From Chloroflexota bacterium (GTDB taxonomy: Bacteria > Chloroflexota > Dehalococcoidia > Lucifugimonadales > UBA3495), in the NCBI GenBank assembly GCA_027623675.1, contig JAQBVF010000015.1, positions 17,606-81,605 on the forward strand: a stretch of DNA of 64,000 bases, read 5' to 3'. Position numbers and translations under genes: made by a program. The notes below the pieces were generated by a model that was not told the DNA's origin, searched no databases, and was given only the letters and a program-made list of their open reading frames with translations. Positions 19,665 through 29,242 of this stretch are shown piece by piece. Each line of letters begins with the position of its first letter. Position 1 is the first letter of the stretch.

Positions 19665-21941
19665 ATGACCTCAAATCAAGTTCTCTCGGATGTTGAATAC
19701 AACGTTGTTGGCAAGCGCCCGGTGCGCCCCGATGGCGTGGATAAAGTTACCGGCCGGGCTCAATATGGCGCCGACACCCAGTTGACCGGCACGCTGTGGG
19801 CCAAGGTACTCCGCAGCCCCCATCCCCACGCCCGGATCAAGTCAATCAACACTAGCAAAGCCGAGGCGCTGACTGGGGTCAGGGCCGTGCTCACCGCCAA
19901 GGACCTGCCCTTCGCCTCCCTTTCCAAAGAGGCGTTGGGCGGCGAGTACGCCAGCCTCAAGTTCGCTTCCGACCACATGTTGGCCAGCGACAAAGTGTTG
20001 TTCAAAGGCCATCCAGTCGCCGCGGTTGCCGCGGTGAACGGCCACGTGGCCGAGTCGGCCTTGGCGTTGATCGAGGTCGAATACGAAGTCTTGGAGTCCG
20101 TCATTGACGTCCGAGAGGCCATGAAAGACGGCGCTGTCTTGGTCCATGAGGACCTGCGGACCAACGACATGGGCGAGATGTCCAGCAAACCCAGCAACAT
20201 CGCCACCCACATGAGCTACTCCCTTGGCGACATCGCCAAAGGATTCGCCGAAGCCGACCTGGTGCTGGAGCGGGAGTACACCACGGCCACCGTCCACCAG
20301 GGCTACATCGAACCCCATAACTCCACCTCGTTCTGGAACTCGGACGGGCAGGTAAATATCTGGACCAGCACCCAGGGTTCCTTCCAGGTGCGGGCCACCA
20401 CGGCCAACGTGCTACGCCTGCCGGTTTCCAAGGTCAAGGTGACCCCCATGGAGATCGGTGGCGGGTTCGGCGGCAAGATCACGGCCTATCTGGACGCCAT
20501 CACCGCGCTGCTATCGAAGAAGACCGGCCACCCGGTGAAAGCCGCCATGTCGCGGACCGAGGTTTTCGAAGCGTCCGGTCCGGCGCCCGCCTCTTGGATG
20601 CGGGTCAAGATTGGCGTCAAGAATAACGGCAAGATGACGGCTGTTGAGACCGAGATGGCCATGGACGCCGGGGCCTATCCCGGATCGCCGGTGATGCAGG
20701 CCATCGTCTGCGCTTTCGCCTGCTACGACGTGGAGAACGGCAAGGTCGACGGCTACGACGTGGTCGTGAACAAACCCAAGACCGCCGCCTACCGCGCGCC
20801 CGGATCGCCGCAGGCCGCATTCGCGGTGGAATCGCTCATCGACGAGATCTGCCTGCAGTTGAAACTCGACCCCATCGAATTCCGGTTGCTCAACGCCGCC
20901 AAAGAGGGCACACGCCGCATCGAGGGCTTGGTGGCCCGGCGCATCGGACTGATCGAGTGTCTGGAAGCCGCCCGCGACCACGACCATTACAAGTCCAAGA
21001 CCAACGGCGGCAACACCGGCCGGGGCGTCGCCTGCGGTTATTGGCCCAACCGAGGGTTCCAGTCCAGCGTGGTGATGACCGTCAACTTCGACGGCACCAT
21101 CGGCCTGCTGATGGGCTCGGTTGACATCGGCGGAACCAGGGCCTCCATCGCCCAGCAGACCGCCGAGACGTTGGGCATCGCCTATGAAGACGTTAAACCC
21201 ACGGTGGTGGATACCGATTCCATCGGTTACACCTTCATCACCGGGGGCAGCCGGACCTCCTTCGCCACCGGAATCGCGGCCATCAACGCCGCCGAGGATG
21301 TGATGGCGCAGATGGTCAGCAGGGCCGCCAAGATTTGGGACACCGAGGAAGACAACGTTGAGTATGTGAACGGCATGATCAGCCACAAGTCCGACGAGGA
21401 GCTAAAGTTCTCCTTCAAGGACCTGGCCCGACAACTGGCCACCACCGGCGGCACCATCTCTGGCCGGTCCAACGTCGACCCCACCGGAGAGGGCAACGGT
21501 TACGCCGTGCACGTGGTGGATGTCGTGGTCGACCCGGAAACCGGCAAGACCGATGTCACCCGGTACACCGCGGTACAGGACGCCGGCAAAGCGGTGCACC
21601 CCAGCTATGTCGAAGGACAGATGCAGGGCGGCGCGGTGCAGGGGATCGGCTGGGCCTTGAACGAAGAATATTTCTTCGACCAAACGGGCAAGATGATGAA
21701 CCCCACGTTCCTGGACTATCGCATGCCCACAACACTGGACCTACCGATGATCGACACCGTGATCGTCGAAGTCGCCAACCCCGGCCATCCCTACGGGGTG
21801 CGCGGCGTGGGTGAGGCAGCCATCGTCCCGCCCATGGCTGCCATTGCCAACGCCGTAAGCCGGGCGACCGGCAACCGGATGCACAGCCTGCCCATGACCC
21901 CCGGCAAGATATTGGAAGCTGGCTGGGAGAACGGGAAGTAG
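19665..21941 (+). CDS. Xanthine dehydrogenase family molybdopterin-binding subunit
   Basis: KVTGRAQY, RSPHPHARI, GGGFGGK, AYRAPG, EGQMQGG, RGVGE. Confidence 0.94.
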   Translation: MTSNQVLSDVEYNVVGKRPVRPDGVDKVTGRAQYGADTQLTGTLWAKVLRSPHPHARIKSINTSKAEALTGVRAVLTAKDLPFASLSKEALGGEYASLKFASDHMLASDKVLFKGHPVAAVAAVNGHVAESALALIEVEYEVLESVIDVREAMKDGAVLVHEDLRTNDMGEMSSKPSNIATHMSYSLGDIAKGFAEADLVLEREYTTATVHQGYIEPHNSTSFWNSDGQVNIWTSTQGSFQVRATTANVLRLPVSKVKVTPMEIGGGFGGKITAYLDAITALLSKKTGHPVKAAMSRTEVFEASGPAPASWMRVKIGVKNNGKMTAVETEMAMDAGAYPGSPVMQAIVCAFACYDVENGKVDGYDVVVNKPKTAAYRAPGSPQAAFAVESLIDEICLQLKLDPIEFRLLNAAKEGTRRIEGLVARRIGLIECLEAARDHDHYKSKTNGGNTGRGVACGYWPNRGFQSSVVMTVNFDGTIGLLMGSVDIGGTRASIAQQTAETLGIAYEDVKPTVVDTDSIGYTFITGGSRTSFATGIAAINAAEDVMAQMVSRAAKIWDTEEDNVEYVNGMISHKSDEELKFSFKDLARQLATTGGTISGRSNVDPTGEGNGYAVHVVDVVVDPETGKTDVTRYTAVQDAGKAVHPSYVEGQMQGGAVQGIGWALNEEYFFDQTGKMMNPTFLDYRMPTTLDLPMIDTVIVEVANPGHPYGVRGVGEAAIVPPMAAIANAVSRATGNRMHSLPMTPGKILEAGWENGK

Positions 21942-21980
21942 GACTTCCGGTAACGCCCACCGTTGGGTACTCATGACAAC

Positions 21981-22022
21981 AAAGCCGACCTTTCGGGCAG
22001 ACATGTCCGAAAGGTCGGCTTC
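21981..22022. terminator. Strong stem-loop / intrinsic terminator
   Basis: aaagccgacctttcgg ... ccgaaaggtcggcttt perfect inverted repeat after the Mo subunit gene. Confidence 0.75.
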
Positions 22023-22128
22023 GCGTTTGTCTGGGTCTCCATTGGGGTTGACAAGGACAAGGCCCATACGGGAACCTGGATATAGCAACATACGGCATTA
22101 CCGAAACCCTGAGCTAGGAGACTGGGCG

Positions 22129-22395
22129 ATGGCCACGATTTTCATTCCATCCATGTTGCGGCCCCTCACTGGTGGTGTGCGGCAGGTGGAATGTGAAGCG
22201 CGGAACGTCCGCCAGGTGATCGAATTCCTGGACGAGTTGTACCCGGGCATCAAGGACCGGCTGGTAGAGGACGGCGAGATTCGGGAGAATCTAGCCGTCG
22301 CCATCGACGGCGACGTGGCGATCATGGGCATGCTGGAAAAGGTCGGCGAGAACAGCGAAGTCCACTTTGTCCCGGCCATCGGCGGCGGACGCTAG
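22129..22395 (+). CDS. MoaD/ThiS family sulfur carrier protein
   Basis: MATIFIPSMLR...VHFVPAIGGGR beta-grasp pattern; ATG 22129 after AGGAG. Confidence 0.88.
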   Translation: MATIFIPSMLRPLTGGVRQVECEARNVRQVIEFLDELYPGIKDRLVEDGEIRENLAVAIDGDVAIMGMLEKVGENSEVHFVPAIGGGR

Positions 22396-22435
22396 TCCGC
22401 TTTTCAGGAGTGATGGTGAAGATGGACCGAAATAT

Positions 22436-22903
22436 ATGAGCGCCAAACCCAGGGTTGAAAAGCCGGTTTCTGCCGGCGGGGTCGTTTATCAGCGGGTCGG
22501 CGGGGTATTGGAAACGGTGCTCTGTGGCCGCAGCCAACCGGTACGCTGGAGTCTGGCCAAGGGCACTCCCGACGCTGGAGAGACGCTGAAACAGACCGCA
22601 CTTCGAGAGGTCCGCGAGGAAACCGGACTGGAAGTCGAGATTGAAGGGTCGTTGGGCAGTATCGATTACTGGTTCGCCGACCGCAGTCAGGACGTCCGGT
22701 ACCACAAGACGGTGCACTTCTATCTGATGGCTTCGGTGGGCGGAGACACCGACCAGCATGACCCTGAATTTGATATAGTCCAGTGGTTCGAAGCAGAAGA
22801 AGCTTTGAAAGCCTTGGCCTACGCCAACGAGGTGAGTGTCCTGCAACGGGCGCTGACCTTGATCGCCGATAGAGAAGGCGCCGGGCCAAAGGAGAAAGCC
22901 TAA
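22436..22903 (+). CDS. Nudix hydrolase (Ap4A hydrolase-like)
   Basis: SAGGVV, WSLAKG...GETLKQTALREVREETG, KTVHFYLM. Confidence 0.9.
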   Translation: MSAKPRVEKPVSAGGVVYQRVGGVLETVLCGRSQPVRWSLAKGTPDAGETLKQTALREVREETGLEVEIEGSLGSIDYWFADRSQDVRYHKTVHFYLMASVGGDTDQHDPEFDIVQWFEAEEALKALAYANEVSVLQRALTLIADREGAGPKEKA

Positions 22904-22906
22904 GCG

Positions 22907-23524
22907 ATGACCGAGTTAAGGGGCGCGAGAATCATCTTGCGCGATAAGCAATTCACCGACGCCGAGAATGACTACCGGTGGCGCAGCGACCCCGAGTTGG
23001 CCCGCTTGGATGCCGCCATCCCACTTACCATGTCATTCGAGCGCTACCTGAAGCTGTTTGAAGACCAGTTGAAGTACCCCACACCCGGCTCCCACCATTA
23101 CTCCATTGAGACCCTGGACCAGCGGTTCATTGGCAACTGCATGTATTACGACCTGGATACCGTTAACCGGGAAGCGGAACTGGGCATCGTCATCGGCGAC
23201 CGGGATTATTGGAGTGACGGCTACGGGTACGATGCGGTGACGACACTGTTGGACCACCTGTTCACCACCCGTGAGTTGAAGCGGGTCTACCTGCACACGC
23301 TGGAGTGGAACAAGCGCGCCCAACGTAGTTTCTCCAAGAGCGGGTTCGAACCGCTCAAGCCCATCCGGAGGATGGCGCACGATTTCCTGTTGATGGAAGT
23401 ATTGCGGGACGATTGGTTCGCCAAGGCCGAAGAACGCTTGGCCGCCCGGTTCAAAGACTCGGATGCGGACCAAGAAGACGCGGGCGCCTCAACCGAGCCG
23501 TCCAGGCAGACCACCGCCGACTAG
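22907..23524 (+). CDS. GNAT N-acetyltransferase (RimJ/RimL-like)
   Basis: AELGIVIGDRDYWSDGYG, NKRAQRSFSKSGF. Confidence 0.88.
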   Translation: MTELRGARIILRDKQFTDAENDYRWRSDPELARLDAAIPLTMSFERYLKLFEDQLKYPTPGSHHYSIETLDQRFIGNCMYYDLDTVNREAELGIVIGDRDYWSDGYGYDAVTTLLDHLFTTRELKRVYLHTLEWNKRAQRSFSKSGFEPLKPIRRMAHDFLLMEVLRDDWFAKAEERLAARFKDSDADQEDAGASTEPSRQTTAD

Positions 23525-24237
23525 GCTACGGCAGCCACCGCCTCAGCCAGATCGACCGCCCCGGTGTACAGCGCCCGGCCCACAATCACTCCCTCAGCCC
23601 CGGTCGGCGCCAACTCTTTGATGTGCGCCACGGACGCTACACCGCCCGACGCCAACACCGCCAGGCCTGTTTCCCGGACTAATCGGGCGTTGGTCAGATA
23701 GTCGGGTCCGGTCAGAGCGCCGTCTCGGGATATGTCGGTATAAAGCAGCCGGACAACGCCTATCTGGCCCATCCGGTGGGCCAGTTCAAGCACGGTCACC
23801 GTGCTGGCCTCGGTCCAGCCCTGCAGCGCCACCAGGCCGTCTTTGGCGTCGATCGACACCACCACCCGCTCGCCGCCGTGCTTTCGGCAGGCTTCTTGGA
23901 CCATGTCCGGATCGCGCACCGCCGCCGTGCCGATCACCACCCGGTCAGCGCCGGCATCCAGCCAGGCTTCCGCCGCGGCCAGATCGCGTATGCCTCCGCC
24001 CACCTGAACCGGTATATCCAGGGCTTTCACGATGGCCGAGATCACTTCAAGATGGGCCGGCCGTCCCTGTACCGCGCCGTCAAGGTCAACCAGATGCAGC
24101 CGGTGGCCACCCTGCTCCTGCCAGGACAGGGCCATGGCCAGCGGGTCATCGGAGAAGACCGTCTCCTGATTGAAGTCGCCCTGAAACAGGCGCACGCAGC
24201 GGCCGTCTTTCAGGTCAATGGCGGGGATGATTTCCAT
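23521..24237 (-). CDS. hisA: ProFAR isomerase
   Basis: [42 protein letters not shown]. Confidence 0.97.
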   Translation of the reverse strand: MEIIPAIDLKDGRCVRLFQGDFNQETVFSDDPLAMALSWQEQGGHRLHLVDLDGAVQGRPAHLEVISAIVKALDIPVQVGGGIRDLAAAEAWLDAGADRVVIGTAAVRDPDMVQEACRKHGGERVVVSIDAKDGLVALQGWTEASTVTVLELAHRMGQIGVVRLLYTDISRDGALTGPDYLTNARLVRETGLAVLASGGVASVAHIKELAPTGAEGVIVGRALYTGAVDLAEAVAAVA

Positions 24238-24284
24238 GGTTGATTCCTGTTCCGGGCGGGATTCGGGCCGGCGCGCGGCCGTTG

Positions 24285-24890
24285 CTAAGACGCCAAGCCG
24301 ATAAAATTCTTATAGAGCCGCAGTCCGGCCGGGCCGCTCTTCTCCGGATGAAATTGGGTGGCGATCAGATTGTCCCTGGCGTAGATGCTGCAGAAGGGTA
24401 TCCCGTACTCGGTGGTGCCGGCGACGCTGGCCGGGTCGTTGGGCGCGGCGTAGTAGCTGTGGACGAAGTAGAAGTAGCTGTCCTGGGGGATCCCCGCCAG
24501 GACCGGGTGCTTTTTATTGAACTTGACGTTATTCCAGCCCATGTGGGGTACCTTCTGTCCCGGGGGCAACAGCTTGGCGTCGCCTTGTACCACTCCCAGA
24601 CAGGGCTTGTCGCCCTCTTCGGTCCGGTCCATCAGCAGTTGCAGGCCCAGGCAGACGCCCAAGAAGGGGCGGCCGGAGGCGATGTAGTCCCGGATGGGGC
24701 CAACCAGACCGCGCTGGTCCAGGGCAGCCATGGCCGCCGGTCCCGAGCCAACACCCGGCAGCACCACGGCGTCGGCGGCGGCCAAGTCCGCCAGGCCGCT
24801 GGAGACCAATGGCGTTACGCCTTGGGACTCCAAGGCCCGCGAGACGCTACGCAGGTTGCCCGATTCGTAATCAATGACCACCAGTTTCAT
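24285..24890 (-). CDS. hisH: Imidazole glycerol phosphate synthase, glutaminase subunit
   Basis: GNLRSV, LPGVG, GVCLGLQ, VPHMGWN, YFVHSY, QFHPEKSG. Confidence 0.97.
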   Translation of the reverse strand: MKLVVIDYESGNLRSVSRALESQGVTPLVSSGLADLAAADAVVLPGVGSGPAAMAALDQRGLVGPIRDYIASGRPFLGVCLGLQLLMDRTEEGDKPCLGVVQGDAKLLPPGQKVPHMGWNNVKFNKKHPVLAGIPQDSYFYFVHSYYAAPNDPASVAGTTEYGIPFCSIYARDNLIATQFHPEKSGPAGLRLYKNFIGLAS

Positions 24891-25099
24891 ATAACCCTAG
24901 TCTCGGTATTCTTGAAGTGTTCTACCTTTAGCCCCAGCCCTAGATCGCTTGAAACACGGACCCGCTCATGGTGAGATGCTGTCGAACCGCCATCACGCCT
25001 GAACCAAGCCCCACCGTCCAGAACCACGACTAAACATGGCCCTTCAACAGACCCGGGGACAGCAGAACCGTCACCCGGCCGATGCCTGCTTGGAGAAGG

Positions 25100-25702
25100 T
25101 TAGGACTGCCCCGTGGCCCGCTCGAAGGGCAGTTCCCGGTCCTCATACCGGGCCAGGACGAATAGCAGGTCGCCCAGCCGGTTCAGGTAGGTCATGATCA
25201 GGCCATTGGTCAGCAGGTCCTGTTCGGCCATTGCCACCACCCGTCGCTCGGCGGTGCGGATCACGCAGCGGGCCAGGTCGATCGCCGCCGACGCCGGGGA
25301 GCCGCCGGGCAGGATGAACACCTTGGGCATCTCGAATTCCAGCTCCAAGGAGTCGATGGCCTTTTCCAGGTTGGTCACCATGTCAGCGGTGACCGGCTGG
25401 AAATGCTGCTTGAACAGCTCGTATTTATCGGGGTCGGTGGCCAATTCGGCGGCGATGGTGAACAGCTCTCTTTGCAGATCGCGGAGCAGGTCGTTCACCC
25501 GCTCGTTGCTCGTCATGGCGCGCGCCAACCCCATCGCCGACACTGCCTCATCGGTGATGCCGTAGGCCTCGGTGTTCGGGCTGTTCTTGGAGATTCGCCC
25601 GCCGTAGAGCAGGCTGGTCTCGCCGGCGTCGCCGAATTTGGTATAGACCTTTTTCCTGTAGTCGCCTGAAGTTTCTGATGTTGAAGAAGACACGCGCGGC
25701 AC
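25100..25702 (-). CDS. pduO: PduO-type cob(I)alamin adenosyltransferase
   Basis: VYTKFGDAGET, AYGITDE, FILPGG, RTAERR, YLNRLGDLLF. Confidence 0.92.
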   Translation of the reverse strand: MPRVSSSTSETSGDYRKKVYTKFGDAGETSLLYGGRISKNSPNTEAYGITDEAVSAMGLARAMTSNERVNDLLRDLQRELFTIAAELATDPDKYELFKQHFQPVTADMVTNLEKAIDSLELEFEMPKVFILPGGSPASAAIDLARCVIRTAERRVVAMAEQDLLTNGLIMTYLNRLGDLLFVLARYEDRELPFERATGQS

Positions 25703-25888
25703 CTTCGAAGTAACGGTTTATGGAAGCTGCCAACGCCCAATATCCAGGCACGGATCGGCCCAGGAGGCGAGGCTGTCGGCAAGTCAGATTGTAGCATAGG
25801 GGTTTATCTCATGACACTAGGTAATTGACCGGCCCTATGGAGGCGGTTGGTAAAATTTGAAACAACAAAATAGGAATTTGTAGGTGAG

Positions 25889-26227
25889 GTGTGCGTCGTG
25901 GTTGCTACCGAAGTTCGGGAGATTTACTGGCCAGGAAAGTCAGGGCAGAAGTATAAATATCGGATTTATCCGATTGGCCAATCGTTTAAAGGCCAGCCAG
26001 GGAACTACATCTTCGCGAAGGAAACCAAGCCAGGCAGATTCGCGCCGATATATATTGGCGAAACAGGTGACTTGAGTGACCGGTTCGACAACCATCACAA
26101 AATGCTTTGTATTCAAAAGCAGGGAGCCACTCATATTCACGTTCATGGGAGCAGCGCGAACAGAAATGCGAGGCTCGCCGAGGAGTCCGACTTGAATGAT
26201 CGATGGAATCCGATATGTAAAGGCTGA
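25889..26227 (+). CDS. Small GIY-YIG-like protein
   Basis: PGNYIF...IYIGETGDLSDRF..H...E..L...NP pattern; visibly more AT-rich than its neighbours; exact start uncertain. Confidence 0.65.
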   Translation: MCVVVATEVREIYWPGKSGQKYKYRIYPIGQSFKGQPGNYIFAKETKPGRFAPIYIGETGDLSDRFDNHHKMLCIQKQGATHIHVHGSSANRNARLAEESDLNDRWNPICKG

Positions 26228-26294
26228 TTAGTGAGCCAAATATTTCGTCCGCAGCCTGTATACTAACCACCACTCCAGTAGAGGTGCTGAATTT

Positions 26295-27053
26295 ATGCCG
26301 CCGGAAGTGCGCGTTATCGGTGTTGAGGGCATGCCCGAGTTCAAGGACGGCGATGATCTGGCCGGCGCGATCATCGACGCCGCCCTGGCCCAGGGAACGG
26401 GCATCGAGTCAGGGGACGTCTTGATCGTGACCCAGAAGGTGGTCTCCAAGGTCGAAGGCAAAGTGGTCAAGCTCAGCGACGTCGAGGCTTCTCCCCTGGC
26501 CATCTCGATCACCGAGGGACACCGGCGCGACCCGCGGCACACCGAGTGGGTCCTCCGCGAGTCCAAGCGCATCGTGCGCATGGACCGGGGGGTGATAATC
26601 TCCGAGACCAAGCACGGCTTCTACTGTGCCAACGCCGGCATCGACGCCTCCAACATCCCCGGCAATGACACCCTGGCCCTGCTGCCCGACGACTCCGACG
26701 CCTCAGCCCGGGGCATCCGGCAGGCGGTGAAGGACCGGCTGGGCGTGGTCGTGGCGGTGATCGTTTCCGACACCTTTGGCCGTCCCTGGCGCAACGCCGC
26801 CGCCGACGTGGCCATCGGCATCGCCGGCATGGACCCGGTGCACAGTTACGTAGGCCAGATGGACAGCCACGGGCACGAGATGTTCACCACCGAGATCGCC
26901 GTGGCCGACGAGCTAGCCGCTGCGGGGGAGTTGGTCGGCGGCAAGGTGGCCGGGGTGCCCGTCAGCATCATCCGGGGCTACGACTACACCCCCATGGAGG
27001 ATGCCAGCATCCAGCGAATCATACGCGGGTCGGACAAGGACCTGTTCCGCTAG
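26295..27053 (+). CDS. cofE: Coenzyme F420-0:L-glutamate ligase
   Basis: GDDLA, VTQKVVSKVEG, CANAGIDASN, DTFGRPWR, ADELAAA, DLFR. Confidence 0.95.
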   Translation: MPPEVRVIGVEGMPEFKDGDDLAGAIIDAALAQGTGIESGDVLIVTQKVVSKVEGKVVKLSDVEASPLAISITEGHRRDPRHTEWVLRESKRIVRMDRGVIISETKHGFYCANAGIDASNIPGNDTLALLPDDSDASARGIRQAVKDRLGVVVAVIVSDTFGRPWRNAAADVAIGIAGMDPVHSYVGQMDSHGHEMFTTEIAVADELAAAGELVGGKVAGVPVSIIRGYDYTPMEDASIQRIIRGSDKDLFR

Positions 27054-27175
27054 GTTGGCGTATTGGCTGGTGGCAAGCGGTCCTCCGACAGGCTAAGGAC
27101 GAGCGGGATTGCTGCGAAACTGGGGGCCGCTTGTGGTGAAGGTTGGCTAGTCTTCGGTGATTCCCTAAGAAGCGC

Positions 27176-28297
27176 TTAGTTTTCAGCCATTCTCTCGGCA
27201 GAAACGTCCCCATCGCTGAACAGGGGGAGCTGCCGGACCTGCTGGGAGTTTTCTTCCCCGTATTCCAAGTCATCGCCAAAGTTGGTTACGCCGACGCCGA
27301 GGAGCCGGAAGGTTCGGCCGGGCGCCAGTTCGGCGGACAGCAACGACCAGGCCGTCTCTTTGATCGGTTCTTCCGCGTTGGTGTGAAAGGGCAGGGTGGA
27401 CTGGCGGGTGAAGGTGGTAAAGTCAGACAGTCGCAGCTTCACCGTCACCGTGCGCCCCTTTAGACCGTTGCGCTCCAACTGATGGGCCACGCTGACGGCC
27501 TGGCGTTCCACCACGCTCTTTAACTCGGTCTCGCTGCCCAGGTCGCTGGCGAAGGTGGTCTCCGAGGACAGCGACTTGGCGGCGCGCTCGGTCTGGACCG
27601 GCTCGTCGTCGCGGCCCAGGGCTTTGTCCCGCACACCGGCCGACCGCACGCCAAAAACCTTGGCGAACCACTCCAGAGGTTGGGCCGCCAGCTGTCCGAT
27701 GGTCTCGATGCCGTCGCGCCGAAGCCGTTCCGCGGTCTTGGGTCCGATGCCCCACAGCTTGTTCACCGCCAGCGGGGCCAGAAACTCAGCTTCGTCCCCC
27801 GGCTGGACCACCACCAGGCCGTCGGGCTTGTCCAGGTCGGACCCGATCTTGGCTACCGACTTGCAGGTCCCCACACCCACCGACAGGACCAGTCCGGTCT
27901 CTTCCACCACTCTTTGTTTGAGGTCCAGGGCCACGGCCAGGGGTTTTTTGCCGGCTTCGACCACGGCGGTGATGTCCAAGTAGGCCTCGTCCAGAGATAG
28001 GGGTTCAACCAGGTCCGTTAGGTCTCGAAAGATCTGCTGTACCTGGCGTGACATCTCCCGGTAGCGGGTGAATCTTGGCGAGACGATGATCCCTTGGGGA
28101 CAGCGGTGCACGGCAGTCCTCATGGGCATGGCCGAATGCACGCCGAACTGTCTGGCTTCGTAGGAAGCCGTGGCGACCACTCCCCGGTTCTCCGGCTTTC
28201 CGCCGACCAGGACCGGCTTGCCGGCCAACTCGGGGTTGTCCAGCTGCTCCACGGTGGCGTAGAACGCGTCCAGGTCGGCGTGAATGATGTGCCGCAC
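27176..28297 (-). CDS. dinB: DNA polymerase IV
   Basis: HADLDAFYATVE, ASYEAR, SLDEAYLD, KPDG, WGIGPKT; GTG 28297 after GAGGA. Confidence 0.95.
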   Translation of the reverse strand: MRHIIHADLDAFYATVEQLDNPELAGKPVLVGGKPENRGVVATASYEARQFGVHSAMPMRTAVHRCPQGIIVSPRFTRYREMSRQVQQIFRDLTDLVEPLSLDEAYLDITAVVEAGKKPLAVALDLKQRVVEETGLVLSVGVGTCKSVAKIGSDLDKPDGLVVVQPGDEAEFLAPLAVNKLWGIGPKTAERLRRDGIETIGQLAAQPLEWFAKVFGVRSAGVRDKALGRDDEPVQTERAAKSLSSETTFASDLGSETELKSVVERQAVSVAHQLERNGLKGRTVTVKLRLSDFTTFTRQSTLPFHTNAEEPIKETAWSLLSAELAPGRTFRLLGVGVTNFGDDLEYGEENSQQVRQLPLFSDGDVSAERMAEN

Positions 28298-28487
28298 GGC
28301 CGGTTCCTCGTATTCCCGATTTCCCGAAACTGGGCCCAGGCCAAAGGCAGGATACTCTATTTTACTGCGCCCAGCTCCGCCGGTCAGCCGACGGTTTTCA
28401 GAATGACGATTTAGGCCACGCAAGATTAATACGGGGCTCTCACAGTAATCTGTAGCTCCCCGCCAAGCGATGGGGTTACCGTGTCCA

Positions 28488-28559
28488 TTGACATCCTAGT
28501 TTGGCGCGTGTATAAACGATCAATCGTTCGCGGATAAAAAACGAATCATCGTTTTTTAT
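28488..28559 (+). promoter_or_regulatory. Promoter with two AACGA-N4-TCGTT palindromes (probable TetR operators)
   Basis: TTGACA(28488)-N17-TATAAA(28511); palindromes at 28515-28528 and 28534-28559. Confidence 0.8.
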
Positions 28560-28568
28560 AGGTGCCTG

Positions 28569-29204
28569 ATGCCAAAAGTAAGCGATGCCCACATCGAAGC
28601 CCGCCGCCAACAGATATTGGAGGCGGCACAGGCGTGCTTCGCGCGCCAGGGATTCCATCAGACCAGCATCCAAGACATCTGCCGGGAGGCCAAACTCAGC
28701 CCCGGCGCGGTGTACAAGTACTTTCCCAGCAAGGGACACATCATCGCCGCCTCTTGTTTGGGCTGCCAGGAAGGCATAGCCGACTTCATCAGCGGGGTCA
28801 TGTCCCAGGGCAGTACCCCGCTAGAGGCATTGGATTCCATATTGGAACACGGCTTGGCCATGCTGGAAGGCGAGGAGCACCGTGAACCGACCATGATGAA
28901 CATTCAGGTGTGGTCGGAAGCGGTGCGCAGCGCCGAGGTCAGAAAAGCCTTAATGGAAGTGACGTTCAACACTTTGGGGAAGGCGTTCACGGAGATCTTT
29001 CGGCAGGCGCAAGAACGAGGCGAGGTCGATGCCCATCTCGACCCGGAGGCTTTGGGCATCACGGTGATGGGCATGTTTCACGGTCTGGTGCTCCACCGAA
29101 CATTGGACCCACAGATCGACACAGCCGCCTGCGGGAAGGCTATGCGGGCTTTGTATCAAGGCACGGTCCGGACCGAATCGGGCGTTGATATCACCGCCAT
29201 TTAA
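28569..29204 (+). CDS. TetR/AcrR family regulator
   Basis: RRQQILEAA..CFARQGFHQTSIQDICREAKLSPGAVYKYFPSK helix-turn-helix. Confidence 0.95.
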   Translation: MPKVSDAHIEARRQQILEAAQACFARQGFHQTSIQDICREAKLSPGAVYKYFPSKGHIIAASCLGCQEGIADFISGVMSQGSTPLEALDSILEHGLAMLEGEEHREPTMMNIQVWSEAVRSAEVRKALMEVTFNTLGKAFTEIFRQAQERGEVDAHLDPEALGITVMGMFHGLVLHRTLDPQIDTAACGKAMRALYQGTVRTESGVDITAI

Positions 29205-29242
29205 TCAGACTGGGCAACGGGTATTTTGGAGGAGTCGGAACG

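Noticed and set aside
18244..21941. Aerobic CO dehydrogenase (coxMSL)
   Set aside because: Gene order matches, but the AYxCSFR motif is absent (AYRAPG) and no coxDEFG accessory genes are adjacent.
28298..28487. LexA box upstream of dinB
   Set aside because: No GAAC-N4-GTTC-type site found by eye.
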